A DNA stretch of 64,000 nucleotides from Methanocaldococcus sp. 16A (GTDB lineage: Archaea; AGJL01; Methanococci; Methanococcales; Methanocaldococcaceae). The DNA lies in the NCBI GenBank assembly GCA_049860595.1, contig CP187551.1; one strand, 5' to 3'. Positions 21,674-33,606 of the stretch are shown here, piece after piece; position 1 is the first letter of the stretch; each line of letters opens with the position of its first letter. The notes beneath the pieces are model-generated. The model had not been told where the DNA came from. It saw only the letters and a list, made by a program, of their open reading frames with translations, and did not search any database. The position numbers and the translations under genes were made by a program.

Positions 21674-22624
21674 ATGGAAAAACCATGGGTAGAAAAGTAT
21701 AGACCAAAGACATTAGATGATATTGTAGGGCAGGATGAAATCGTAAAGAGATTAAAGAAATATGTTGAAAAAAAGAGTATGCCGCATCTTTTGTTCAGCG
21801 GACCTCCAGGAGTTGGAAAAACTACTGCTGCTTTATGTTTAGCAAGGGATTTATTTGGAGAAAATTGGAGAGACAATTTTTTAGAGCTTAACGCTAGTGA
21901 TGAGAGAGGGATAGATGTTATTAGAACAAAAGTAAAAGATTTTGCAAGAACTAAACCTATTGGAGACGTTCCATTTAAAATTATATTCTTAGATGAGAGT
22001 GACGCATTAACTGCAGATGCTCAAAACGCTTTAAGAAGAACTATGGAGAAATATTCAGATGTAGCTCGTTTTATCCTCTCTTGCAACTATCCGAGCAAAA
22101 TTATTCCACCAATCCAATCAAGATGTGCTGTCTTTAGATTTTCACCATTAAAGAAGGAAGATATTGCCAAAAAATTAAAAGAAATTGCTGAGAAGGAGGG
22201 ATTAAACTTAACTGAAAGTGGTTTGGAGGCAATTATTTATGTCTCTGAAGGAGATATGAGAAAGGCAATAAATGTTTTACAAACAGCAGCAGCTTTAAGT
22301 GATGTTATAGACGATGAGATTGTTTATAAAGTCTCATCAAGAGCAAGACCTGAGGAAGTTAAGAAAATGATGCAATTGGCTTTAGATGGAAAGTTTATTG
22401 AAGCGAGAGATTTATTATATAAACTTATGGTTGAGTGGGGAATGAGTGGAGAGGATATATTAAACCAGATGTTTAGAGAATTAAATAACTTAGATATTGA
22501 TGAGAGAAAGAAGGTTGAGTTGGCAGATGCTATTGGTGAAACTGACTTTAGAATAGTTGAAGGAGCTAACGAAAGAATACAGTTGAGTGCTTTGTTGGCT
22601 AAGATGGCGTTAATGGGGAAATAA
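21674..22624 (+). CDS. rfcS: Replication factor C small subunit, intein-free
   Basis: [34 protein letters not shown]; only 316 aa. Confidence 0.97.
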   Translation: MEKPWVEKYRPKTLDDIVGQDEIVKRLKKYVEKKSMPHLLFSGPPGVGKTTAALCLARDLFGENWRDNFLELNASDERGIDVIRTKVKDFARTKPIGDVPFKIIFLDESDALTADAQNALRRTMEKYSDVARFILSCNYPSKIIPPIQSRCAVFRFSPLKKEDIAKKLKEIAEKEGLNLTESGLEAIIYVSEGDMRKAINVLQTAAALSDVIDDEIVYKVSSRARPEEVKKMMQLALDGKFIEARDLLYKLMVEWGMSGEDILNQMFRELNNLDIDERKKVELADAIGETDFRIVEGANERIQLSALLAKMALMGK

Positions 22625-22648
22625 AAATTTAATTTAGTTTAATTAAAT

Positions 22649-25270
22649 TTAACTCCTCTTTTTCATGAATAATTTTATTATTTCCATAAAGATAGATGTT
22701 GAAAATGCTCCCACCAAACAAATAATCCATTCTTTTAAATTTAATGGGGTAAATTTAAAAATTTCCTGCAGAAATGGAATATATACAACAAATAATGTTG
22801 TTAAAGCAATAATTGTAGCTGATAATATTAGCAATTTATTTGCAAAAATACCAATTTTGAAAATGGATTCCTCTAAAGACCTGAAGTTGAAGGTATTAAA
22901 TACCACCATGCCCACTATAGTTACAAAAACCATTGTTCTTGCTTTTTCTATGCTAATTGTTGGATTGGATATGATAAATATTAAAAAAGCCACTGTTGCC
23001 ATGAATAATGCCAAACTAAAAACTAAAATGGAATTTCTCCTTGTTAATATTCCTCTCCCAACTTCTCTTGGTGGTTTGTTCATAATATCTTCTCTTGCAG
23101 GGTCTAAACCTAACGCTATTGCAGGCATCTCCTCATCAAACATATTTATAAATAAAATTTGTAATGGTAGTAATGGCAAAAATTCAAATCCTAATAAAAT
23201 TATGCCTAATCCTATAAGGATTACCTCTGTGAAGTTTCTTGAGATAAGATAGCAAGTAAATTTTTCAATATTTTCATATATGGCTCTACCATTTTTAATT
23301 GCTTCAACTATCGTAGCAAAGTTATCATCTTGCAAAATCATGTCACTTGCTTCCCTTGCTACATCAGTTCCTTTAATGCCCATTGCTATGCCAATGTCTG
23401 CGTTCTTTAATGCAGGGGCATCATTAACACCATCTCCCGTCATTGCTACTATATGCCCCTTTTTCTTTAATGCATTCACTATTCTCAACTTTTGTTCTGG
23501 AACTACTCTTGCATAAACAATAATATCTTCAACAATACTCCCTAATTCCTCATCCCTTAGCCTATTTAATTCACTTCCAGTTATAACACCTTTTTCTAAA
23601 AATTTTTTAAGTTTTTTATTGTTTATTGTTTTTTTATTCTCTTCAAATAGTCCAATTTTCTTAGCTACTGCTTTTGCCGTCTCTTCATTATCTCCAGTAA
23701 CCATAATAACTTTTATATGTCCCCTCTTACATGCTTCTATTGCTTCTTTTACACCTTCCCTTGGCGGGTCTATCATAGCAATTAAGCCTAAAAAAACTAA
23801 ATTTTCTTCAATATTCTTTGGAGTTATTTTAGATGTTTCTTTATATGCAACACCAAGAACTCGAAAGGCAGAACTTGCAAAATCTTTATTTATTTTCAAT
23901 ATCTTTGTCTTTTCATCATCACTAAATTCCTTTATCTTATCTTTTTTCTTTATGAATTTACATTTTTTTAAAATAATCTCTGGAGCCCCTTTTGAGAAAA
24001 TTAAGAATTTCCCATCTTTTTTATGTATGGTTGTCATCATCTTTCTTTCAGAGGTAAATATAATTTCCCCTACTCTTGGATACTCTTTTTCTAAATCTTC
24101 TTTCCATAAATCCGCCTTTGTTGCTGCAACAATTAATGCCCCTTCTGTCGGGTCTCCAATAATCCCCCACTTTCCCTCTTTTTCTTCAAGAACAGAATTA
24201 TTACATAAAGCAACTGCTTTTAATAGCAAAATTAAATTCTCCTCTTTATTAATATCAACTTCTATCCCATTATAAAAAAATCTCCCTTTTGGCTCATAAC
24301 CAATTCCAGTTACATCAAAAATCTTGTCATCAACAAAAATCTTCTCAACTGTCATCTCATTTTTTGTTATTGTTCCAGTTTTGTCTGCACAGATTATTGT
24401 TACTGAGCCAAGAGTCTCAACTGCAAGTAATTTTCTTATTATAGCGTTTTGCTTGGCCATACGGTTCATGCCAAAGGATAACGTTAAAGTTAATGCTAAG
24501 GGCAATCCTTCAGGAACAGCGGCAACTGCCAACGCTAGAGCAACCACCAAAATCTCAAGTATTGGGATTCCTTTAACTACTCCAAAAATGAATATAATCA
24601 CACAAGCAATTAAGGCTATTAATGCCAAAATCTTCCCTAACTTTGTTATTTTTTCTTGCAGTGGTGTTTTTTCTTCTATATCTTGAATCATTCTTGCTAT
24701 CTTTCCTAACTTTGTGTTCATCCCTGTTGCTACTACAACAGCTTTACACTTTCCATGAACAATTTGTGTTCCTGCAAAAATTAAATCTCCGTTTTTCTTT
24801 TCTATTGCCTTACTTTCTCCAGTTAGAATTGATTCATCAACTTTTAGATTAATTGCTTCAATAACCTCTGCATCTGCAGGGATTTTATCTCCCATCTCCA
24901 AAATTAGTAAATCTCCTGGAACAACTTCCCTACTAAGAATTTTTCTTATCTTCCCTTCTCTTATAACTCTTGTTGTTGGTTGGACAATTTTTTTCAACGC
25001 TTCCATTGCACTCTCTGCTTTATACTCCTGAATAAACCCTAAAAATATAATAAAAAATAGAAGAAAAATAATAACCCAAAAATTTAAAATTTCTCCAATA
25101 AAAAACGATATAATAGCAGCTACAAAGAGAATCCAAACTAAAATATTGGAAAATTGTCTCAATAAAATTTTGACCCATGTAACTTTTTTCTTTTCTTTAA
25201 GTTCATTGTATCCATATTTTTTTATTCTTTCTTCTACTTCAAGATTTGATAAACCATTCATCAATATCAC
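22649..25270 (-). CDS. Type II (Ca2+/Na+-like) P-type ATPase
   Basis: TGES, VPEGLP, DKTGT, KGAPE, DPPR, MVTGD, GDGVNDAP; ~10 TM helices. Confidence 0.95.
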   Translation of the reverse strand: MILMNGLSNLEVEERIKKYGYNELKEKKKVTWVKILLRQFSNILVWILFVAAIISFFIGEILNFWVIIFLLFFIIFLGFIQEYKAESAMEALKKIVQPTTRVIREGKIRKILSREVVPGDLLILEMGDKIPADAEVIEAINLKVDESILTGESKAIEKKNGDLIFAGTQIVHGKCKAVVVATGMNTKLGKIARMIQDIEEKTPLQEKITKLGKILALIALIACVIIFIFGVVKGIPILEILVVALALAVAAVPEGLPLALTLTLSFGMNRMAKQNAIIRKLLAVETLGSVTIICADKTGTITKNEMTVEKIFVDDKIFDVTGIGYEPKGRFFYNGIEVDINKEENLILLLKAVALCNNSVLEEKEGKWGIIGDPTEGALIVAATKADLWKEDLEKEYPRVGEIIFTSERKMMTTIHKKDGKFLIFSKGAPEIILKKCKFIKKKDKIKEFSDDEKTKILKINKDFASSAFRVLGVAYKETSKITPKNIEENLVFLGLIAMIDPPREGVKEAIEACKRGHIKVIMVTGDNEETAKAVAKKIGLFEENKKTINNKKLKKFLEKGVITGSELNRLRDEELGSIVEDIIVYARVVPEQKLRIVNALKKKGHIVAMTGDGVNDAPALKNADIGIAMGIKGTDVAREASDMILQDDNFATIVEAIKNGRAIYENIEKFTCYLISRNFTEVILIGLGIILLGFEFLPLLPLQILFINMFDEEMPAIALGLDPAREDIMNKPPREVGRGILTRRNSILVFSLALFMATVAFLIFIISNPTISIEKARTMVFVTIVGMVVFNTFNFRSLEESIFKIGIFANKLLILSATIIALTTLFVVYIPFLQEIFKFTPLNLKEWIICLVGAFSTSIFMEIIKLFMKKRS

Positions 25271-25362
25271 TACAAAGAAGTAATATAGTAACGTTTATAA
25301 TTCACAACTTATAAATCTTTTTTGACTAAGCTATTTTGGACATAAAGAAGTAGGAGATAGTT

Positions 25363-26688
25363 ATGAAAAGAATTGTGCTTGCTGGAACATCAAGTGAAGT
25401 AGGGAAAACAGTTATTTCTACTGGAATTATGAAAGCTTTATCAAAAAAATACAACGTTCAAGGCTATAAGGTAGGGCCGGATTATATAGACCCAACTTAT
25501 CATACAATAGCCACTGGAAATAAATCAAGAAATCTTGACTCATTTTTTATGAATAAGGAGCAAATAAAATATCTCTTCCAAAAACATTCTAAAGATAAAG
25601 ATATAAGCGTCATTGAAGGAGTTAGGGGACTTTATGAGGGAATATCTTCAATAGAGGATGTTGGAAGTACTGCAAGTGTAGCTAAAGCTTTAGAAAGCCC
25701 CATAATTCTGCTTGTAAATGCAAAGAGCTTAACAAGAAGTGCAATAGCAATGATAAAAGGTTTTATGAGTTTTGATAATGTGAAAATTAAAGGAGTTATT
25801 TTCAATTTTGTTAGAAGTGAAAACCACATAAAGAAATTAAAAGAGGCTATGAGCTATTATTTACCAGATGTTGAGATAATTGGCTTTATTCCAAGGAATG
25901 AAAATTTCAAAGTTGAAGGAAGGCATCTTGGTTTAATTCCAACACCGGAAAATTTAGAGGAGATAAAGAATAAGGTAGAATTATGGGGAGAGTTAGTTGA
26001 GAAGTATTTAGATTTAGATAAAATTGTGGAAATTGCCGATGAGGATTTTGAAGAGATTGATGATGTCTTTTTATGGGAAGTTAATGAAAATTACAAAAAA
26101 ATAGCTGTTGCTTATGATGAAGCATTTAACTTTTACTATTGGGATAACTTTGACGCCTTAAAAGAAAATAAAGCTAAAATAGAATTTTTCAGCCCATTAA
26201 AAGATATTGAAGTTCCAGATGCTGATATATTGTATATTGGAGGGGGATATCCAGAACTCTTTAAAGAAAAACTAAGTAAAAATAAAGAAATTATTGAAAG
26301 TATTAGGGAATTTGATGGCTACATTTATGGAGAATGTGGAGGCTTGATGTATTTAACAAAATCTATAGATGGAGTTCCAATGGTTGGCTTATTAAACTGC
26401 TCTGCAGTTATGACAAAGCATGTTCAAGGGCTTAGTTATGTTAAAGCTGAATTTTTAGAAAATTGCTTAATTGGAAGAAAAGGATTAAAGTTTAAAGGGC
26501 ATGAATTCCATTATTCAAAGCTTATCAATATAAAAGAAGAGAGATTTGCTTATAAAATAGAGAGAGGGAGAGGTATTGTTAATAACTTAGATGGAATTTT
26601 TAATGGGAAGGTTTTAGCAGGTTATTTACATAATCATGCAGTAGCCAACCCTTATTTTGCTTCATCTATGGTTAATTTTGAAGAATAA
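25363..26688 (+). CDS. cbiA: Cobyrinate / Ni-sirohydrochlorin a,c-diamide synthase
   Basis: [37 protein letters not shown]. Confidence 0.93.
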   Translation: MKRIVLAGTSSEVGKTVISTGIMKALSKKYNVQGYKVGPDYIDPTYHTIATGNKSRNLDSFFMNKEQIKYLFQKHSKDKDISVIEGVRGLYEGISSIEDVGSTASVAKALESPIILLVNAKSLTRSAIAMIKGFMSFDNVKIKGVIFNFVRSENHIKKLKEAMSYYLPDVEIIGFIPRNENFKVEGRHLGLIPTPENLEEIKNKVELWGELVEKYLDLDKIVEIADEDFEEIDDVFLWEVNENYKKIAVAYDEAFNFYYWDNFDALKENKAKIEFFSPLKDIEVPDADILYIGGGYPELFKEKLSKNKEIIESIREFDGYIYGECGGLMYLTKSIDGVPMVGLLNCSAVMTKHVQGLSYVKAEFLENCLIGRKGLKFKGHEFHYSKLINIKEERFAYKIERGRGIVNNLDGIFNGKVLAGYLHNHAVANPYFASSMVNFEE

Positions 26689-26799
26689 AACTTTTATTTT
26701 TTAAGATATTTGGCATTATAACATAATTTTTAATTTAATTTATTATTCATGGTTTTAAAAAACTATTTATAGAAAGTTTGGTAATTAATTACATAAAAT

Positions 26800-27663
26800 A
26801 TGAAATTATGTGATAATATGTTAAGAGGTAAAGAAGCTACTTTAGCTGGGATAATAAGAGTTATCATTGAAGAAGAGCCAGAAACACAGGATGAAATAGC
26901 TGAGAAACTTGGAATTAGTAGAAGATACGTTGCTAAGCTTTTAAAGCCATTGATTGATGAGAAGATAGTTAAACATCCTTATGTTGTAGATATGAGTAAA
27001 TTGCATAAAATAAATTTAGAATTTGATGAATATATCTTAATGAAAGAGATAAAAACAACCTTAGAAAAGATGGAAAAAACTCTTTTAAATAACTTGGATT
27101 TAGTTTATACTGCTTTAAAAAATAACGATAAAAAATTAGCTGAAGATATAATCATTAAAGATTATGCCCTAAACAAAATGGAGGAAGAAATTAGAATGCT
27201 CTTAGGACTGAATGCTTTAAAATATTTGCCAGGAGCTTATGCCAATGCCTTTGCCACTATAGCTTCAAATCTTGAAAGATTGGGGGATTATATAGCAAAC
27301 ATTGCTGAAGAGGTAGTTCATGGGCTTAAATTAGATGATGATATTGAGAATGAAGTTGAAGAAATCTTTAATATCCTTAGAGAGATGCTAACTGAGGCAA
27401 TAGATGTTGTTAAAAGTAAGAGGAAAGAAACAAAAATACATGAGCTTGAAGAGCAGTTGCATAAAAATCTTGAGCTATTGTTGAATAAAGTCCTAAAAAA
27501 CAAAAGAGAGGACTTAAACTTCTATGTTCAATTTGGTATGTTTTTAAAAGATATTGAGAGATTTGGAGATAGATGTGTGAATATTGTAGATATTGCTTTA
27601 GAATTATATCATAATATACCAAGAAGTCCTATACCTGAGAGGTTGAAAAGGGGAATGTTATGA
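26800..27663 (+). CDS. PhoU-family protein with N-terminal HTH
   Basis: [19 protein letters not shown]; PhoU repeats LERLGDY and IERFGDR. Confidence 0.88.
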   Translation: MKLCDNMLRGKEATLAGIIRVIIEEEPETQDEIAEKLGISRRYVAKLLKPLIDEKIVKHPYVVDMSKLHKINLEFDEYILMKEIKTTLEKMEKTLLNNLDLVYTALKNNDKKLAEDIIIKDYALNKMEEEIRMLLGLNALKYLPGAYANAFATIASNLERLGDYIANIAEEVVHGLKLDDDIENEVEEIFNILREMLTEAIDVVKSKRKETKIHELEEQLHKNLELLLNKVLKNKREDLNFYVQFGMFLKDIERFGDRCVNIVDIALELYHNIPRSPIPERLKRGML

Positions 27664-28280
27664 GGGAGTTTATATTTAAAGCAAATAAAACTATAACCTC
27701 ATCAAATATAAATTTAAAAGATTTACCAGGAAGTTGTGGAAGGTTGGATTTACTTTGCAGATGTGTTAGCGATGCCTTCTTTTTATCTCATGATATAAGA
27801 AAGAATGTAATTTTTTATGCTGTATTGTATGGGCAACCAAATCCACCAGTTTGTATAAAGTTTGTTGGTAGTGAATTAAAAAAGGTTTCTCCAGATGAGA
27901 GAAATATAGCCATATTTATAAAAAAAGCCCTTAAAAAATTTGAAGAACTTGATGAAGATGAAAAAAAAAGCTGGAATCTATCAACACCAGGAATTTATGT
28001 AAAGAGATTAGGATTTAGAGATTTAATTTTAGAAAAAATCAATGAAGGAAAGAACATTTATTATTTACATAAAAATGGAGAAGATGTTGAAAATGTTGAG
28101 ATAGAAAATCCAGTTTTTATACTTGGAGACCACATAGGAATTGGAGAAGAGGATGAGAAATTTTTAGATGAAATTAAAGCTAAAAAAATATCTCTATCAC
28201 CATTAGAGTTGCATGCAAATCATTGTATAACTATAATACATAATGTTTTGGATAAAAGAAATACACTAAACTCATTTTAA
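27660..28280 (+). CDS. trmY: tRNA (pseudouridine54-N1)-methyltransferase (SPOUT)
   Basis: [37 protein letters not shown]. Confidence 0.93.
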   Translation: MREFIFKANKTITSSNINLKDLPGSCGRLDLLCRCVSDAFFLSHDIRKNVIFYAVLYGQPNPPVCIKFVGSELKKVSPDERNIAIFIKKALKKFEELDEDEKKSWNLSTPGIYVKRLGFRDLILEKINEGKNIYYLHKNGEDVENVEIENPVFILGDHIGIGEEDEKFLDEIKAKKISLSPLELHANHCITIIHNVLDKRNTLNSF

Positions 28281-29419
28281 TGGTGAATACAATGAAATTC
28301 TTTGATAGAGAAAATGAGATAGAAGAATTCATTAATATAATAAATAGAGAGCCAGATGACGTTTATTTTATTTTTGGACCGATAAATAGTGGGAAATCTG
28401 CTCTGATAAGAGAGATTATAGCCAATAAATTAGACAAATCCAAATACATTCCATTTTTTATTGATTTTAGGACAAGGAATATTGTGAATGTTGATAACTT
28501 TATTGAATGTTTATTTGAAGTGGATGAAAAATCGAAAGTAGATGATTTTAGAGAGTATGCTAAATCATTGGCTGATTTATTAATTAAAGGTTCAGAGGAA
28601 TTAACTAACTTCTACTTAGGCATGCCTATAAAAATCCCAAAACCATTTTTTGATAAGATTTTCAATAAAAAAGATAAGTCAGGAGATGTTTATCAATATA
28701 TTGAATATTTATTCGCTAAATTAAATGAAAAGGGAAAAAAGCCAATACTAATATTTGATGAACTGCAGATGATTAGAGAAATAACTTTAAATGGAAATAG
28801 GTTATTATTGTGGAGTTTGTTTCAATTTTTAGTAGCTTTAACTAAAGTTCAACATCTATGCCATGTTTTTTGTCTAAGTTCTGATAGTTTGTTTATTGAG
28901 TATGTTTATAACACTGGAGAGTTAGAAGGAAGAGCTAAATACATATTAGTGGATGACTTCGATAAAGAAACTGCCTTAAAATTTATTGATTTCTTAGTTA
29001 AAGAGAATAATATTAATTTAACTAATAAAGAAAAAGAATTAATCTATAATTATGTTGGAGGAAAAGCAAAGGATATAAAGTATGTTGTTGAAGAAAGTAA
29101 ATTTAAAGATTTAAAAGATGTTTTAGAGTATATGCTTAAAGAAGAAATGTCAAAATTAGATATGTTTTTAGATATGTTGGATTATTCAAAACCAAAGGTA
29201 AAGATTGGTGATGAAATTATTGAAATAAAAAAAGAAGATATAGTAAATGCTTTAAGGTTATTCAAAGAGAATTATGAGATTAATAAAAAAGAAATTCCAG
29301 TGCCAGTTTATACTTATTTAATTAAGAAAAACATCCTTTTCTTAAATCCAATAGAAGGTACTTTAAAGCCACAAAGCTTTTTAGTATGGAATGCAATAAA
29401 ACAATCAAAATTATTATAA
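28280..29419 (+). CDS. Archaeal (MJ-type) ATPase, ATPase_2 family
   Basis: [28 protein letters not shown]-terminal [12 protein letters not shown]. Confidence 0.9.
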   Translation: MVNTMKFFDRENEIEEFINIINREPDDVYFIFGPINSGKSALIREIIANKLDKSKYIPFFIDFRTRNIVNVDNFIECLFEVDEKSKVDDFREYAKSLADLLIKGSEELTNFYLGMPIKIPKPFFDKIFNKKDKSGDVYQYIEYLFAKLNEKGKKPILIFDELQMIREITLNGNRLLLWSLFQFLVALTKVQHLCHVFCLSSDSLFIEYVYNTGELEGRAKYILVDDFDKETALKFIDFLVKENNINLTNKEKELIYNYVGGKAKDIKYVVEESKFKDLKDVLEYMLKEEMSKLDMFLDMLDYSKPKVKIGDEIIEIKKEDIVNALRLFKENYEINKKEIPVPVYTYLIKKNILFLNPIEGTLKPQSFLVWNAIKQSKLL

Positions 29420-29429
29420 GGTATAAAAC

Positions 29430-30212
29430 ATGGAATTTGAAAAATTTATTGAAGATAAAATAAATAAAAAACTTAAAGAATTGAGATTAAAAAATTCATT
29501 GGAAATTTTAGAAAGGTTAGATATTAGTATAGAGCTTAAAGAAGCTCTAAGATGTATGGTTATGAAAAGATTGGATGGAGATAAAGAGTTTTATAAGGTT
29601 TCTATTGATAAAAAGCCAAGTGCAGTTGTTGCATTTAGTGGTGGAGTTGATAGCTCAACATCCACAATAATAGCAAAGCAAATTTTTGATGTTAAGGCAG
29701 TTTCTTGTTATTCAGAATATATAATGACAGATGAAATGAGAAAAAATGCTGAAAATGTTGCTAAAAATATAGGAGTAGATTTAGAGTTTATAGACGTTGA
29801 TTTAAAAGAGATTTATGAAGGAGTTATTAAAGGGAGGTTTCATCCTTGTGGTAGATGCCATAAAATTGTTGAAAATGCTGTTATGAATTATGCTAAAAAA
29901 ATTAACGCTGAGTTTGTTATATTTGGTGATTTATTAGCTTTTGGATATTTAACTTTATATAAAAATAACAATTTATTTAGGTTTAATTTGCCATCTTTTT
30001 TTGCCTTAACAAAGGATGAAGAAAGAGAAATATTAAAAAATAATGGCATTGAGATTAAAGCATCTTATGGTTGCCCATTATTAAAAACTTATCATAAACA
30101 CAATAGGGGATATAAATTTACCATTCAAAGAATTTTAAGAGAGGTTAGGGGAAGAGTTATTAGCTATGAGGAAGGTGTTAAAAATATAAAAGATATAGTT
30201 GGTTTAAAATAA
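29430..30212 (+). CDS. PP-loop ATP pyrophosphatase family protein
   Basis: AFSGGVDS, HPCGRC, YGCPL. Confidence 0.85.
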   Translation: MEFEKFIEDKINKKLKELRLKNSLEILERLDISIELKEALRCMVMKRLDGDKEFYKVSIDKKPSAVVAFSGGVDSSTSTIIAKQIFDVKAVSCYSEYIMTDEMRKNAENVAKNIGVDLEFIDVDLKEIYEGVIKGRFHPCGRCHKIVENAVMNYAKKINAEFVIFGDLLAFGYLTLYKNNNLFRFNLPSFFALTKDEEREILKNNGIEIKASYGCPLLKTYHKHNRGYKFTIQRILREVRGRVISYEEGVKNIKDIVGLK

Positions 30213-30229
30213 AAAATAAAATTCAAATT

Positions 30230-31201
30230 TTATAACTCAATCCATCCCAAAGACTTTTTAAGGACTTCTGCGTTAATCTTTCCAGCTCTATAAACTTTGC
30301 CTCTTGTTATGTCATTAATTACAACTACTGCTGGAGCAAACATTCCTTTGTCAATTTTGTAGAAATCATAGTCAGCAGCTTTGAATACTTCCATAAATGG
30401 TTTTCCATAATCTTTTGATGTACATGAAGGTAATGCTTTACATAAAGCTTCAATGTCATCGTTTTCATCGCTCTTAATGTAGTAGTAGGTTATTCCTCCA
30501 TATAAAACCATATCATTTGTAGCTCCCATCATAGCGAAGTCATCGCCAATTATTGGAGCAATTGGAGCTAAACCTGCTGCATACTTAACCTTTGTAACAT
30601 CAAACTCTAAAACTTCTAACATCTTGTATGTTCCATTCTCTACAACTCTACCACTAATCTGGATTGAACCAACTAATGATGCTGTTGGAGCTACTAATAA
30701 ATAAACATTCTCTGGCTCAACGCCACATTCTTTAGCTATATAATCAGCAACTTCTTCATTTGGTAATTTTGATGCCTCTAAACACAAAACAGCAACATCA
30801 GCATCATCTTCATATCCAATTTCTTCATAAGTTTTCTTTGGTTTTTTAGCTAAAGCTCTTGCAGGTCCTGAACCCATAGCAAAGTACTTTCCAACCTTAA
30901 CTGCCCATCCTGCCTTTTGAGCACCTAATGTAGCTATTGCTGGATGTGATGTTTTTACTTTAACAAAAGGAAGGTTTATTCCATCAAAACCAGCTGGTGA
31001 TAATGAGATGCCAACGTGAGCTAAACCTCCCAAACAAACTTTTGTATATAATTTCCCAGCTTCCCAGCTTCCAGGAACATTAACTCCACAATCTAAAACA
31101 GTAGCTCCGTTTTCTAATTTTATGATATCAATATTTAACTCTTCTTTATTTTCAATCATTTTATTTACAATCTCTAAGGCTTTTTTATTTACACTCAACA
31201 T
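30230..31201 (-). CDS. mch: Methenyl-H4MPT cyclohydrolase
   Basis: [36 protein letters not shown]. Confidence 0.97.
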   Translation of the reverse strand: MLSVNKKALEIVNKMIENKEELNIDIIKLENGATVLDCGVNVPGSWEAGKLYTKVCLGGLAHVGISLSPAGFDGINLPFVKVKTSHPAIATLGAQKAGWAVKVGKYFAMGSGPARALAKKPKKTYEEIGYEDDADVAVLCLEASKLPNEEVADYIAKECGVEPENVYLLVAPTASLVGSIQISGRVVENGTYKMLEVLEFDVTKVKYAAGLAPIAPIIGDDFAMMGATNDMVLYGGITYYYIKSDENDDIEALCKALPSCTSKDYGKPFMEVFKAADYDFYKIDKGMFAPAVVVINDITRGKVYRAGKINAEVLKKSLGWIEL

Positions 31202-31338
31202 TCTATCACCAAATAAAACATATAGCTTTATATAGCTTTTTTGTGGCTATATCCTATATAAGTTGTAGTCATATCGTTTTTATAGTTTATGATTTGAATT
31301 TGTTTAAATATAGTAACCAAATAACCAAATGTGATAAT

Positions 31339-32055
31339 ATGGATATGAGAGAGTGGGAAATATACTATAACAAAATTATAGACGATTTTGGATTTGATAA
31401 AAGTAAAGATGTTGAAAGTGCAGTTATTTTAAATGATATTTTAGAAAAAGCCAATAAAGTATCTATTAGGAAACTTAAAGATATTATCAAAGGTAGAGAA
31501 GTTTTTATTTTTGGTGCAGGACCGTCAATAAAAAGACATATTAGAATTATAAAGGAATTAAGAAAAAATTTTCCTGTAATAGTTGCTGATGGGGCATGTA
31601 AAGCATTTTTAGAAGAAGGCATAATTCCAGATATTATAGTTTCAGATTTGGATGGTGATTTAGAGGCACTAATTGAATGTAATAAAAATGGTTCTATAAT
31701 TGTAGTTCATGCACATGGAGATAACATTGAAAGAATTAAAGAATATGTTCCAAAGCTAAAAAATATCATTGGAAGCTGTCAAATACCAAATTATAAAGAG
31801 CTAAATTTAAAAAATGTAATTAACTTTGGTGGATTTACAGATGGAGATAGATGCTGTTTTTTAGCTTATTATTTTAATGCTAAGAAGCTAATATTGGGGG
31901 GAATGGACTTTGGAATCTATGTAACTAAATATTCAAGACCGAATATAAAAAATTATATAGAGAAAGGAGATGAAATAAAAATTAAAAAGTTAAAATATGC
32001 TGAAAAGTTAATAAATTATTTAAAGGATAAAATAGAGGTAGAGTTTTTAAAATAA
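31339..32055 (+). CDS. mptE: 6-hydroxymethyl-7,8-dihydropterin pyrophosphokinase
   Basis: GAGPS, ADGA, VSDLDG, VHAHGDN, NFGGFTDGDR; likely start at ATG 31339. Confidence 0.92.
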   Translation: MDMREWEIYYNKIIDDFGFDKSKDVESAVILNDILEKANKVSIRKLKDIIKGREVFIFGAGPSIKRHIRIIKELRKNFPVIVADGACKAFLEEGIIPDIIVSDLDGDLEALIECNKNGSIIVVHAHGDNIERIKEYVPKLKNIIGSCQIPNYKELNLKNVINFGGFTDGDRCCFLAYYFNAKKLILGGMDFGIYVTKYSRPNIKNYIEKGDEIKIKKLKYAEKLINYLKDKIEVEFLK

Positions 32056-32077
32056 CTTTAGGCAAGGTTTATATATT

Positions 32078-32150
32078 AAGACTTTTGCAGTTTATATAAT
32101 TACTTTGAAGCTTAGAGGCCTTTAATATATAATCAATAAAATTATTTAAT
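32078..32150. repeat. Partial family A palindromic element
   Basis: AGACTTTTGCAGTTTATATA end present; other end degenerate. Confidence 0.55.
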
Positions 32151-32172
32151 TATTTGAATAAAAATATTTTAC

Positions 32173-33606
32173 GTGATGATTATGATAACCGTAATAGGTT
32201 TTGGTTCTTTTGGTAGAAAAGTTGTAAATTTTATTAAAAATAAAGAACCCATCACAATTATTGACAAAAATATTGATGATGCTGATGATTTAGTAAAAGA
32301 GGGAGTTAAGGTGGTTATTGGCGATGCTACTGAAGATGAGATATTAAAAAAAGCAGAAATTGATAAGGCAGATATTGTATTGATATTAACAAACTCTTCA
32401 GAGATAAATAGAACAATAGCTGAAAAGGTTTGCAAACTAAGCCCTAACTCATATAAAATAGCAAGAGCTATTCCAGGATATCCTGAGCTATATAGTGGAT
32501 TAAATATAGATAAGATAATAAATATCTTAGAAAGTGGAGCTAAAGATATTGCAAAAGAGGTTGAGGATGCAAAATTAAAAAGAAAGTTGATGCAATTAAA
32601 GTCTATATTGGTAGAAGGTAAGAAAAAATGCATTGAATTGGAAAAAACTGAGGAAAAGAAATCTCCACTTTTAATAATAACTCATATAAATCCAGACCCG
32701 GATGCTATAGCAAGTGCTATGGCTTTGAAAACAATAGCTGAAAAATGGGGAGTTGATGCAGATATAGCTTATGGAGGAAGTATTGGATATGATGAAAACA
32801 AAGCAATGGTTAATTTATTAGGAGTTAATCTTCTAAACGTTGAAAAGATAAATCTAAATAATTACTGCGTTATTGCTGTTGTTGATACATCTACATTAAA
32901 ACAACTGCCTTTAGAGATACAAAACATTGATATAATTATAGACCACCACAATAACGCTGATTTAACTGCCAAATATATGGATATTAGGCCAGAAGTTGGA
33001 GCTACTGCTTCTATTTTAACACAATATTTAATGGAATTGGAAATAGAGCCGTCAAGAAACTTAGCAACAGCTTTATTCTATGGAATACAATCAGATACTG
33101 ATTACTTTAAAAGAGAAACATCAAAATTAGATTTTGAAGCAGCTGCTTATCTTCAGGGCTATATTGATGCTACTCTCTTAAATATGATAGAAAATCCTGA
33201 AATTTCTACAGAGGTTATGGAAGTTTTAGCAAGGGCAATAATGAACAGAAGAGTAGTTAAAGGAAATATAGCTTTAGCTTATGTTGGAGAAATAAGCAAT
33301 AGAGATGCATTACCAAAAGCAGCTGATTTCTTATTAAAGATGGAAGGAATTTCAACAACATTCGTATTTGGTATTGTTGGAGATGAAATCCACATATCTG
33401 CAAGAACTAAAGATTTAAGACTTAACTTAGGAGAGATATTAAATAAGGCATTTGGTGGAGGAGGGCATCAAACTGCTGCAGCTGCTAAAATTCCTTTAGG
33501 AATATTTAAGGCAGTATCTGATAAGGAGGCTTTGAGAAAATTGGTTGAAGAAGCTATTAGAGCTAAGATATTGGAAGTTATTGGAATAAAAGAAGAAGAA
33601 AAATAA
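32173..33606 (+). CDS. TrkA-N (RCK) domain fused to DHH/DHHA1 phosphoesterase
   Basis: GFGSFG Rossmann fold; HINPDPDA, VVD, IDHH, SDT, SAR, GGGH. Confidence 0.92.
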   Translation: MMIMITVIGFGSFGRKVVNFIKNKEPITIIDKNIDDADDLVKEGVKVVIGDATEDEILKKAEIDKADIVLILTNSSEINRTIAEKVCKLSPNSYKIARAIPGYPELYSGLNIDKIINILESGAKDIAKEVEDAKLKRKLMQLKSILVEGKKKCIELEKTEEKKSPLLIITHINPDPDAIASAMALKTIAEKWGVDADIAYGGSIGYDENKAMVNLLGVNLLNVEKINLNNYCVIAVVDTSTLKQLPLEIQNIDIIIDHHNNADLTAKYMDIRPEVGATASILTQYLMELEIEPSRNLATALFYGIQSDTDYFKRETSKLDFEAAAYLQGYIDATLLNMIENPEISTEVMEVLARAIMNRRVVKGNIALAYVGEISNRDALPKAADFLLKMEGISTTFVFGIVGDEIHISARTKDLRLNLGEILNKAFGGGGHQTAAAAKIPLGIFKAVSDKEALRKLVEEAIRAKILEVIGIKEEEK

